From: Escherichia phage CL1
Sequence record: OK040806
DNA length: 64,000 nt
Reading direction: 5' to 3' (one strand)
The translations under genes and the position numbers were made by a program. Position 1 is the first letter of the stretch, and the number at the start of each line of letters is the position of its first letter. Positions 52,894-61,234 of the stretch are shown here, piece by piece. The notes under the pieces are model-generated. The model was not told where the DNA came from, searched no databases, and saw only the letters and a list, made by a program, of their open reading frames with translations.

Positions 52894-52945
52894 CACTGAT
52901 TTTTAGATAACCTAAATTACTAATCAACGGGAGGGATGACCTCCC
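52890..52945 (+). promoter_or_regulatory. cassette B copy 1: promoter TTGACA-17-TAAATT plus 5' leader stem-loop GGGAGG-GATGA-CCTCCC
   Basis: TTGACA 52890-52895 (overlaps upstream stop), TAAATT 52913-52918, hairpin 52929-52945, conserved leader to ATG 52980. Confidence 0.55.
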
Positions 52946-52979
52946 ACTAAACAAAGTCCTTAAACTAGGAGATTCAAAA

Positions 52980-53252
52980 ATGTATACTACTAATAACGGT
53001 CGTACTCTAAATGTAACTTTGCGCCACTATGTTAACGGCGTGATGCACTTTGAAGATTTACAAGCTGAACAACATATCTTAGATTGGCAACTTGCAGGAC
53101 TACAAAAAACTGCTACAGGATACGGGAAAAAGATTCCAACTAGTTGGAAAGTATACTATGAAGGGCGTTTGCGCAGAATTTATCAAGATGTATACAGCAA
53201 TAGCGCAACAAGTTACATCATGGTAAAAGGTAAAAAATTACACTTAGTATAA
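52980..53252 (+). CDS. hypothetical protein (array gene 7)
   Basis: 90 aa; cassette B upstream. Confidence 0.45.
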   Translation: MYTTNNGRTLNVTLRHYVNGVMHFEDLQAEQHILDWQLAGLQKTATGYGKKIPTSWKVYYEGRLRRIYQDVYSNSATSYIMVKGKKLHLV

Positions 53253-53309
53253 AGTACTTTACAAGGGGCTTATAGTTCGATAGAGTAAGCCCCAGATAAA
53301 GAGCTTTAC
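53250..53309 (+). promoter_or_regulatory. cassette A copy 5 (-10 TAGAGT)
   Basis: palindrome 53250-53261, TTTACA 53258-53263, TAGAGT 53281-53286, IR 53265-53293. Confidence 0.5.
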
Positions 53310-53338
53310 TACTCAATCCTAAATTGGAGAACTTAAAA

Positions 53339-53743
53339 ATGGCTATTAATAACCGTGAGTTATCAATCTTAAAAGCACGTTTGACCGTTAACCGGATTAA
53401 TGTTATTACGTCATCAGCACCGGACGAAACATTACACAACATTATTGGGAAGATTCAAAGTGTTATCTTAGACGTTGAAAGCGTAAAAAACTCATTGGCT
53501 GACGTTGCAGCAGGTATCACGCTAGACGGTGCACAATATGAAATGGCTGACATGTTAGGCAAATCAAAGGTAATGAATAAAGAGCTTGATTTAAAAATGT
53601 TCCGTTTTGCCGTGAAAGTGTGGCTATCTGTCGAGTATGACGCAAATTTTGCAATCGCTGACTTTTTCGCAACATGGTTGCAACGTAATTTAACAAATTA
53701 TGATTTTCGTGATATCTGTGACGCAATTTACGCAGAACTCTAA
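53339..53743 (+). CDS. hypothetical protein (array gene 8)
   Basis: track start is TTG; ATG at 53339 sits at the conserved distance from the cassette A SD. Confidence 0.45.
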   Translation: MAINNRELSILKARLTVNRINVITSSAPDETLHNIIGKIQSVILDVESVKNSLADVAAGITLDGAQYEMADMLGKSKVMNKELDLKMFRFAVKVWLSVEYDANFAIADFFATWLQRNLTNYDFRDICDAIYAEL

Positions 53744-53752
53744 AAAATTTTA

Positions 53753-53808
53753 TTGACACTGATTTTTAAAACAAGTAAATTACTAATCAACGGGAGGGAT
53801 GACCTCCC
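53753..53808 (+). promoter_or_regulatory. cassette B copy 2
   Basis: TTGACA 53753-53758, TAAATT 53776-53781, hairpin GGGAGG/CCTCCC 53792-53808. Confidence 0.55.
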
Positions 53809-53842
53809 CACTAAGTAAAGTCCTTAAACTAGGAGATTCAAA

Positions 53843-54043
53843 ATGGCTATTATCAACGGTTTAAACATTGAAACTACTCATATCAAAGATATCAAAGTTG
53901 GCGATGTAGTCCTTTCCCACGGCGTAGAAAAAACTGTCACTGCAAAGGATATTAAAGAGGATTCTTTCATGGGTAGGACTCTCTTCGGTGATTCTTATTG
54001 CTTAGGTTATCTTGCAGTTTTAAAAGTTGTCAAAAATAACTGA
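53843..54043 (+). CDS. hypothetical protein (array gene 9)
   Basis: 66 aa; cassette B upstream. Confidence 0.4.
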   Translation: MAIINGLNIETTHIKDIKVGDVVLSHGVEKTVTAKDIKEDSFMGRTLFGDSYCLGYLAVLKVVKNN

Positions 54044-54103
54044 TAAAGTACTTTACAAGGGGCTTATAGTTCGATAAAGTAAGCCCCAGATAAAGAGCTT
54101 TAC
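54044..54103 (+). promoter_or_regulatory. cassette A copy 6 (-10 TAAAGT)
   Basis: palindrome 54044-54055, TTTACA 54052-54057, TAAAGT 54075-54080, IR 54059-54087. Confidence 0.5.
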
Positions 54104-54138
54104 CACTAAATCAAGTCCTTAAACTAGGAGATTCAAAA

Positions 54139-54702
54139 ATGAAATGCTATCACGGAACTACACTCAAAAACTTTGTAAACCTGCTGAATGGTGGCGATAA
54201 GCCTGAAGGTATCTGGAACTGTTCCTACATGGACGATTGTTTCTATGTTTACCCAATGAATAAGGTTATCAAAATGGGATGTCTGGAAGATGAAGAAGAT
54301 TCTTACATCCGTGAACGCTGCATTCAAAGTGCCTTAGAGTCGGGGCTTATTACGGCTGCTTTCCAAATGGAAACGCAGGACGTGATTGTTATTGAAATGG
54401 ATATCCCAGAGGAAGAACTAGAGGACGATTATTCTTGTGACAACATGAGCGAAATTGCCAGCTTTACCGGATACTTTGATAAAAATTGGATTGTTAGCAT
54501 CCACTCAACGAAATTTAGTGCGATGTATGCACCTTTCTTTGTACCTGATACGAAAAACCGCAACTTGGGATATGTTGACGATGATTTGTTGAGTATTGCA
54601 AAAATTGTACAGAATAGCGGTGATAGTTCCGTGTTTTGTGACCTACTGGATAAAATCACGGAAAACCTCACAGAACGCAATTTAAAGGACTTTTTAGGAT
54701 AA
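54139..54702 (+). CDS. hypothetical protein with ADP-ribosyltransferase-like N-terminal motif (array gene 10)
   Basis: 187 aa; N-terminus MKCYHGTTLKNFVNLLNGG resembles the [FY]HGT NAD-binding strand of H-Y-E-class ARTs, Tyr cluster SYMDDCFYVY follows; motif-level only. Confidence 0.35.
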   Translation: MKCYHGTTLKNFVNLLNGGDKPEGIWNCSYMDDCFYVYPMNKVIKMGCLEDEEDSYIRERCIQSALESGLITAAFQMETQDVIVIEMDIPEEELEDDYSCDNMSEIASFTGYFDKNWIVSIHSTKFSAMYAPFFVPDTKNRNLGYVDDDLLSIAKIVQNSGDSSVFCDLLDKITENLTERNLKDFLG

Positions 54703-54765
54703 GCAGTACAAAGACACCAACTTTTAACTTAAGGCCCACACAGGGCCATTTAGAGGGCTTCAAAC

Positions 54766-54999
54766 ATGCTTACAACCGTTTATCTTATCCTTTCTATTTG
54801 TAATGGTCATTCATGTGATTTTAAAGGGCTTGAGGAGTTTACAGGAAGTAAAGAAAATGCCGTTCAGGTCTGTCAGATAGCAAGACAAGACTACCCCGCC
54901 AGTGATGATATACAATGTTACTTTAAGACAGAAGATGAAGAGGGTATCTATTTCGATAGTGTAGACGGGCAATATGAAATTATCATTGAAAAAGACTAG
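54766..54999 (+). CDS. hypothetical protein (array gene 11)
   Basis: 77 aa; hydrophobic N-terminus; no cassette, short hairpin upstream. Confidence 0.35.
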   Translation: MLTTVYLILSICNGHSCDFKGLEEFTGSKENAVQVCQIARQDYPASDDIQCYFKTEDEEGIYFDSVDGQYEIIIEKD

Positions 55000-55053
55000 A
55001 CAAGCCTGATAAAAGTCTGTAAATTGTCAATCAACGGGAGGCGATAACCTCCC
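54997..55053 (+). promoter_or_regulatory. cassette B copy 3 (-35 TAGACA; loop CGATAA)
   Basis: TAGACA 54997-55002, TAAATT 55020-55025, hairpin 55036-55053. Confidence 0.5.
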
Positions 55054-55088
55054 AACTAAACAAAGTCCTTAAACTAGGAGATTCAAAA

Positions 55089-55430
55089 ATGGCTTATGTA
55101 ACCGTAATTACCAATAAAGAAGATTCATCTTGGTCAACTCAAGTAAGCGATAAGATGTCACCTATGCAGTGCCTAAAATACTTTGAGCAATGGAACAAAG
55201 GCGAGGATACCAGCCCCTTTCAAGTGATGCAGATTATCCATACAGATAACGAAGGGAATAAAACTGTTTTGAATAGTGAGTACTATGCAACCAGATTCGA
55301 AACGAGAAGTAAAGCAATGAAGCTCTTACGTGAATCCGGTTATTCTCATATTGCCGCGCTAATCTGGGATGACCTGCTAAAAAATCAGCGTATCAGCTAC
55401 GTAAAACCTGAAAAAATATTCATCAGTTAA
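55089..55430 (+). CDS. hypothetical protein (array gene 12)
   Basis: 113 aa; cassette B upstream. Confidence 0.45.
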   Translation: MAYVTVITNKEDSSWSTQVSDKMSPMQCLKYFEQWNKGEDTSPFQVMQIIHTDNEGNKTVLNSEYYATRFETRSKAMKLLRESGYSHIAALIWDDLLKNQRISYVKPEKIFIS

Positions 55431-55559
55431 TCAATAACTTACAAAAAACTTTTAAAAAAGTGTTGACAATACCCCTTGACATTGGTAACTTTGTTCGAGG
55501 GGGTTTATCTAAAAGGGATTAACTTAAAAGATTCTTTATAGATAAACTTAAAAAATTGC

Positions 55560-55621
55560 TTGCAATCAGATATCAAAACAAGTAAATTACTAATCAACGG
55601 TGAGGGAATGAACTTCCTCAC
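55560..55621 (+). promoter_or_regulatory. cassette B copy 4 (-35 TTGCAA; compensatory stem GTGAGGGA/TTCCTCAC)
   Basis: TTGCAA 55560-55565, TAAATT 55583-55588, hairpin 55600-55621; extra TTGACA boxes at 55463 and 55476. Confidence 0.5.
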
Positions 55622-55653
55622 TAAATAAAGTCCTTAAACTAGGAGATTCAAAA

Positions 55654-56184
55654 ATGAACAAATTTCAAGCTATCAACTACATTCGCTCAAATGCTGTAAT
55701 GTCTAAGCCTGTTAAAGATACCTATGAATTTCGCTGCAATGGGGTACACTTTGCAACCATTACCAAATCAGAAAACGGGGTTTATTACATTCATCGCCGT
55801 AATGTTTATACTGTTGTAGTCTCTCACTTTATGAAAGCTGTAGCGGAATTATTACCGTTATTCTTAGAGATTTACTTGGATGAGTGTAAAAACGTTCATA
55901 GCCACGTTAAAAACCTTTTAAATAGCTATAAAATGGCTTATGAACGTTCAATCAAGTCCTTAAACAAGTTCTATAAAGCCCCTGTAAATACTGTTTCAAT
56001 GGCCTACGCTGCAAATGGTGAAAGAGTAAGACTATCCGATGTGGAAGATATCGAGCTTTACGACCATCGCCCTAACGGTTACTCTCAGACCCTCGGTGAA
56101 GGTTTAACGTTCAATATCAAGAACTTAGAAAAAACTTTAAAAGATATTGAAAAAGATATTGACGAGACAATCAAAAATCTGTAA
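55654..56184 (+). CDS. hypothetical protein (array gene 13)
   Basis: 176 aa; cassette B upstream after a 223-bp spacer. Confidence 0.45.
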   Translation: MNKFQAINYIRSNAVMSKPVKDTYEFRCNGVHFATITKSENGVYYIHRRNVYTVVVSHFMKAVAELLPLFLEIYLDECKNVHSHVKNLLNSYKMAYERSIKSLNKFYKAPVNTVSMAYAANGERVRLSDVEDIELYDHRPNGYSQTLGEGLTFNIKNLEKTLKDIEKDIDETIKNL

Positions 56185-56214
56185 ATTATCAATCAACGGG
56201 AGGGATAACCTCCC
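56159..56214 (+). promoter_or_regulatory. cassette B copy 5 (-35 TTGACG, inside 3' end of upstream gene)
   Basis: TTGACG 56159-56164, TAAATT 56182-56187, hairpin GGGAGG-GATAA-CCTCCC 56198-56214. Confidence 0.5.
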
Positions 56215-56249
56215 TACTAAGCAAAGTCCTTAAACTAGGAGTTATCAAG

Positions 56250-56522
56250 ATGGAACACGTCGAACTGACCACACTTTTACAAATTGCAACCGACAAAGAG
56301 GATGTAGCATTATTCCACCGCATCGAAAGTGATTTATTCAATGGTGAAATCATTAAAGAATCTTACGAAGTTGTCGGATTCAAAGACGGTAAAGCGTTCG
56401 GATTCTTTGACCTCGACAAAGGCAAAGCGGTTACAAAATATGATGTTTTATCTTGTGAGATTCTTACAAAATACAACGAAAAAAAGGCTTGCAACATACG
56501 CCAACATGCAGTAAATTACTAA
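56250..56522 (+). CDS. hypothetical protein (array gene 14)
   Basis: 90 aa; cassette B promoter embedded in 3' end of previous gene. Confidence 0.45.
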   Translation: MEHVELTTLLQIATDKEDVALFHRIESDLFNGEIIKESYEVVGFKDGKAFGFFDLDKGKAVTKYDVLSCEILTKYNEKKACNIRQHAVNY

Positions 56523-56544
56523 TCAACGGGAGGGATAACCTCCC
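56489..56544 (+). promoter_or_regulatory. cassette B copy 6 (-35 TTGCAA, inside 3' end of upstream gene)
   Basis: TTGCAA 56489-56494, TAAATT 56512-56517, hairpin 56528-56544. Confidence 0.5.
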
Positions 56545-56579
56545 TACTGAATAAAGTCCTTAAACTAGGAGATTCTAAA

Positions 56580-56828
56580 ATGGCAACTATCCGCGCAACT
56601 ATCAATGCTTATGGCTGTTATACTCTGGACGTTAAATTTGATATTGGTGGAACTGATGAATGCTTTTCATTAGTGAAGACAGTTATCAAGCAAGTTATCC
56701 CAGATTATAACCCTACTGATGACTTCTGGAAAGATGCTGTAAAAGAGGCATTAAACGATGAGCATCACTATCATTACTGGGGTGACTTGATTGTCTCCCT
56801 GTACTACAATAAACAAGGTTACAACTAA
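56580..56828 (+). CDS. hypothetical protein (array gene 15)
   Basis: 82 aa; cassette B upstream; followed by terminator. Confidence 0.45.
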   Translation: MATIRATINAYGCYTLDVKFDIGGTDECFSLVKTVIKQVIPDYNPTDDFWKDAVKEALNDEHHYHYWGDLIVSLYYNKQGYN

Positions 56829-56838
56829 TCGACGCAGC

Positions 56839-56888
56839 GGGGCTAAATAGCCCCAGATACCTTTACAGCCCCTTAAATGGGCTTTTTT
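56839..56888 (+). terminator. array-terminal hairpin pair: GGGGCT-AAAT-AGCCCC then intrinsic terminator
   Basis: hairpin 56839-56854; second stem AGCCC-loop-GGGCT 56867-56883 followed by TTTTTT. Confidence 0.6.
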
Positions 56889-58470
56889 ACGTCTTATTAA
56901 ATCCTTTCCCTTTCCTTTCCAGAATCTTACTAGACCTTAAAAGCAATAACTCTATAGTCTACTCTATAGCCTTTTATCAAATCAACTTAAATATAAGCCC
57001 ATAACCCGAAAGGGAAGGGCAACCATTTAAACGCTCTATAAAGCCCTATAACAGCCTTATCAACCTAACTTAAGGGATTGCATTACTCCACGCTTAAAAG
57101 CTCTTTATAAAGCTTCTCAGAGCCTTAAAAGAATCTTATAAGGGTGTAAGCTTTATCATCTCGTTAGTATCTTGTGAATAACTAAAAAGGGCTTGTTAGT
57201 GTCTTAAAAGTATGTTATAGGGGCTATAAAGTTGCTTAAAAGTTGCTATAAAGTTACGTAAATGCTAGCCCCCTTAACATTTTCTTAACAAATTTTTAAC
57301 AATCCCTACATAGTTATGCTTTTAAGGCACTTGTTAACAACTTGTTAGCCCCTTGTTAAATCTCTGTTAAGACCACGTAAAAGCCTTGTAAGAGTCTTTG
57401 ACATAGCCTTAAAAGCTCCTGTAAAGCCCTATAAAGAGCTTTCTATATAGTTGGGGTGCAATTACTAGGGAGAGGCTTAAAAGAGCTTACAAAGAGCTAT
57501 AGAGAGCTTTTAAGAGGGCTATTTAAAGGGTCACTAAGAGGGAAAGGGAACTATAGACCAAGAGATAGTGACCATGTTAATAGCTTGTTAAAAAGATTAA
57601 ACACTTGTTAGGAACTTGTTAATTATCTTAACAAAATAACTCTTAAAAATTAACTTGTTAGCTCTTGTTAGTCATCTGTTAAGACTCTGTAAAGCCTACG
57701 TATCAACTGTTAAAAAACTGTTAAGCTCTTGTTAGTTCTGTTAAGAATCTGTTAAGACCTCTGAAGAGATGTTAAGAAGATGTAGCAACTGTTAAGAGAT
57801 TGTTAATGATATTTTAAAATTTTGCAAAGGGGATGTTACAGGGATGTTAAGGGCTACCAAGCAGATATATATCTTCTACAGATATTTTTGAGTTCCTTCA
57901 AAGACCCTAAAAAATGACTTGATAGCTCTATTTTATAAAAATTTTAAAATTCTGAATAATTACCTAGACAGTCTTTTAAAAATACAGGTAGAAACAGGCT
58001 TATAAGATACCTTGTTAGTACCGTGTTAGACCTTGTGAGATAAGGTCTGTAAAGATATTCCTGTTAAGTTTGCTAAAACAGTCTATATAGAGGCTTAGTA
58101 TTTCCTAGTGAACACCTATAGAGAGTGTCATAGCTGACATAGAGATTAAGAGGTGTATAGGAGCTTCTAAGAGGGTATAGAGGGATGGTTAAGGTGATTG
58201 TATAGGTTGTTAAGAAGGCTTGTTAGAAGAGTGTTTAAAGGGCTTGTTAGAGGGTTATTTAGAAGGCTTATACAGAGGGGCTATTAAGACCACTAGATAG
58301 TGACTAAGATACTATATAGTACTATATAACTATATAGAGAGTAAGATTAAGAAGGTTGTTAAGAAGGGTAGATATTTTATTCACATATGATGGTGACCCA
58401 GAGGTTGGGACAACCGATGAAATTTTATAAAAATTAAAAAGCCCCCAATTAAGGAGGCTCTTAAGATATT
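56889..58470. repeat. 1.6-kb ORF-free region dense in short degenerate repeats
   Basis: no ORF of 60 aa or more on either strand; >30 copies of YTGTTAR often phased ~11 bp (57330-57830); CTTAAAAG/CTATAAAG family (56930-57300); ACTATATA x3 (58308-58340); lies between convergent blocks. Confidence 0.7.
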
Positions 58471-59019
58471 TTAAATCAGTGTTTCCAGAACTGTCTTCAG
58501 TGATGACTTGGTTGTCTGATAAAAATGAGCAAATCCATTGTTACTATCGAATATCTGCATCATGATATCATCTCCCTTGATTGGGTACACTCGGATATCA
58601 TAGTGGAACCCATTAAAGACAGCAGAACCATTACAGAATGAACTAAAGTCATCCACTGAGATATACTCTTCATGACCTGTGATTTTTATACAAACACCTT
58701 TACTCGGTCTCTTAGGGTTGATATCTTCCATCACAGACATATTCTGTCCACCAAGAGACACCATAGTGACCACTTTACGGTTCTTCTGTCTAAAGTACAT
58801 CTTAACTTTCTGCAAAGTGTCTTCATAGAACGGATAAGACCTTTCTACAAAGATTCCTTCAAGTGGCTCTTTACCATTTTCAACTTCTCGGTTATGCCGT
58901 ACTGCAAAGATAATCTGTTCGAACCAGTCAAGATTTTCTTCGGAGAGTGCTTCCCGAATATCACTCCAATCAAGGACTAGATAGTTACCTTCAACTTCTT
59001 TTAAGTTATCTTTTTCCAT
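58471..59019 (-). CDS. hypothetical protein
   Basis: track start is TTG; first ATG (MEKDNL) used; first gene after the 1.6-kb ORF-free region. Confidence 0.35.
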   Translation of the reverse strand: MEKDNLKEVEGNYLVLDWSDIREALSEENLDWFEQIIFAVRHNREVENGKEPLEGIFVERSYPFYEDTLQKVKMYFRQKNRKVVTMVSLGGQNMSVMEDINPKRPSKGVCIKITGHEEYISVDDFSSFCNGSAVFNGFHYDIRVYPIKGDDIMMQIFDSNNGFAHFYQTTKSSLKTVLETLI

Positions 59020-59032
59020 ATCTATCACACCA

Positions 59033-59497
59033 TTATCGTAAAACTTGGTAAGCTGGAACTGCAAACTTGTTGCCGTTGTTCTTAATGAGGTCTTCTTCTG
59101 TTACTAAGAATGTAATCCCACATAAGTGTGTGTAGTGGCTATCATACTCAAATATTTTAAGTAAGTATTTACCATCGTGATAAACAGATTCTACTACACC
59201 TTTTGCAACAATCTTTCCAGTCTTGAAATCTTTAAGATGGTATACATTTCCAACTTTAGGAACTGTTTTCATCTCAGGTTCTTTTAGTTTCTCACCAGCT
59301 TCTACATCACCTAGTAAGTGAGAACTTTCAAAAGCTACATGTCTCATATAAGCTTCTGAGCATTCCAAGATAAAGCAATGCACAAGAGCCTTAGCAGCAT
59401 GTCTTGAACAATTCAACTTATCACAAATCTCTTTGTACATTTTATCTTTAGTTGAATTGTTAAGCATTGCTTTTTGAACTACTACTTTAACTTTCAT
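59033..59497 (-). CDS. hypothetical protein
   Basis: 154-aa ORF. Confidence 0.4.
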   Translation of the reverse strand: MKVKVVVQKAMLNNSTKDKMYKEICDKLNCSRHAAKALVHCFILECSEAYMRHVAFESSHLLGDVEAGEKLKEPEMKTVPKVGNVYHLKDFKTGKIVAKGVVESVYHDGKYLLKIFEYDSHYTHLCGITFLVTEEDLIKNNGNKFAVPAYQVLR

Positions 59498-59550
59498 TTC
59501 GCTACCTTCTAAGTTTCTACAAAGGGGCTATCAAGTAACCCCTCAAGCTA

Positions 59551-59775
59551 CTACTCAGACTTTTCAGTTTTCTTTTCAGATTTCTTACTAGTCTTCTTCT
59601 CAGCTTTCTGCTCAGGTTCCTTCTCAGAAGTTGCCTTGATAACCATATCAAGAAGCTCTGATAAGTCACTCTTCAGCAAAGTAACAGGCTGCTCATTGTA
59701 GAAGTTTTTGTCAAGATAAACTTTGAACTCTTCTATAGAAGGAAATCCAAAAATTGGTACAGGTGTCTTAATCAT
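59551..59775 (-). CDS. hypothetical protein with Lys/Glu-rich tail
   Basis: 74-aa ORF. Confidence 0.35.
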   Translation of the reverse strand: MIKTPVPIFGFPSIEEFKVYLDKNFYNEQPVTLLKSDLSELLDMVIKATSEKEPEQKAEKKTSKKSEKKTEKSE

Positions 59776-59851
59776 TACTTAGTTTCTCCATAGGCATCTT
59801 TTAAGATTGCCTTGTTAATCATTTCAGCGATTGCAAAACGAACACATACAG

Positions 59852-60355
59852 CTATAATTGTAGGTTGCATTCTTTACTTACCTCTTCAAGTTTAACCTCA
59901 GAGTCCTTGAGTCGTTTCTTATGAACTCTGAATCTCATTAGTGAGATGATGATACCAGCTAAAGGAACAGCATACAAGTACCAGACATCATATACCTTTG
60001 CGGTAATCTGTGTAATGGTCAAGTCTTGAGCTATTGAACTAATTGCTGACACTGCCAGTAATGTTGCTAGGAAAAATGCCAGTACCATTACCGTACTTAA
60101 ACAACCTCTGGCATGGTGTTCATGCTTAATGCACTTATTCTTTTCGTCAACAACCCTGTTGTAGTCATTTGTAAAGTCTCTGTAGAAAGCTTTCAAGTAT
60201 TCTTTATTGTAACCTTCAAAGCAACCTGTGCCATACCAATAGTCACCACCAAAATGTGCTATGATGCCAGTATCCCCATTTGGTTTGGTTACTCTCAAAG
60301 AAGTGTGATGACGAGTATCCTGATAATCTATCTTATATCTCTCTTCGTAAATCAT
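59852..60355 (-). CDS. membrane protein (two C-terminal TM helices, charged tail); holin-like candidate
   Basis: track start is GTG; ATG (MIYEER) has GAGAGAGG SD and ATGA overlap; TM segments VMVLAFFLATLLAVSAI and YLYAVPLAGIIISLM then basic tail. Confidence 0.3.
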   Translation of the reverse strand: MIYEERYKIDYQDTRHHTSLRVTKPNGDTGIIAHFGGDYWYGTGCFEGYNKEYLKAFYRDFTNDYNRVVDEKNKCIKHEHHARGCLSTVMVLAFFLATLLAVSAISSIAQDLTITQITAKVYDVWYLYAVPLAGIIISLMRFRVHKKRLKDSEVKLEEVSKECNLQL

Positions 60356-60570
60356 TTTCCAACCTCTCTCAATCGTTTGTTCCACTCAAGGTCAACAAGT
60401 CTTTGCAGGACTTTCCCTCTAGGTGTTACACCTTTTAAATCTGCATCGTAGCAACGGTAAAAGTCACCTTCAGCGTGTTTACCATAGCATTTTCTGATAT
60501 TCTGACTTCTACGATATTGTTCTAGTAGAGACAGCTTGTAGTAATCTTCAACTGTAGTTAGCTTTTTCAT
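60352..60570 (-). CDS. hypothetical protein
   Basis: ORF open to 60585; start choice between 60585 and 60570 uncertain. Confidence 0.3.
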   Translation of the reverse strand: MKKLTTVEDYYKLSLLEQYRRSQNIRKCYGKHAEGDFYRCYDADLKGVTPRGKVLQRLVDLEWNKRLREVGK

Positions 60571-60643
60571 TCTTTCACCACACATCTTCTTCAGAAACTA
60601 AAAAGGGAACTACCTCTCAATAGCTCCCATTATAGTTAATATT

Positions 60644-61234
60644 TTATACTCGGCAAGAGTATTTCTTAGGCATTAATGCACTACGTTTGCTACTCTCTTC
60701 ACTCAACAATGCGATAAAGTCATCACCTTTTCCTTTCCACGGGCTGAATGAAGGGATATGCTCACGAATAGCTTCAATCACTGTCTTCAGTGCTGTATTT
60801 TTCATCCACCAGTCAGAATCTGCTGATGCTACAACATAGTAACCGCCATCATCAGTTAAAATTGGCTCTGAGATACATGGCGAAATCATGGTGGTGATAA
60901 TTGAGCCATTATTCATATAGTATGTACGCTTCATAACCTTTTCAAGAAGCTTGTGAAGGTCACCAAACAGTGTTACAAGTTCTTTATGGTCAATGTCTTT
61001 TTCGAGGCTTGCTCGATACTTCAAAAGTGCAGCATCAACCTCTCTGTCATTAAACTTGAAGTACTGGACTTCATCAACAAGGCAGACACTAATGTTATTA
61101 ACATTCATAGTCAACTTGCAAACTTTTGCAGGGGAATTGATACTTGGTTGAAAAAGTGCAACACACCCTTCAATGTTTCCAAAATGTTGAACCAGTGTTA
61201 CTTGTGGGATAATATCCTGTTGCTCTTCAGACAT
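60644..61234 (-). CDS. hypothetical protein
   Basis: 196-aa ORF. Confidence 0.4.
   Translation of the reverse strand: MSEEQQDIIPQVTLVQHFGNIEGCVALFQPSINSPAKVCKLTMNVNNISVCLVDEVQYFKFNDREVDAALLKYRASLEKDIDHKELVTLFGDLHKLLEKVMKRTYYMNNGSIITTMISPCISEPILTDDGGYYVVASADSDWWMKNTALKTVIEAIREHIPSFSPWKGKGDDFIALLSEESSKRSALMPKKYSCRV

Noticed and set aside
56889-58470. Possible CRISPR array
   Set aside because: The repeats are 7-10 bp, degenerate and irregularly spaced, with no uniform 25-40-bp repeat plus unique spacer pattern, and no cas genes are present.
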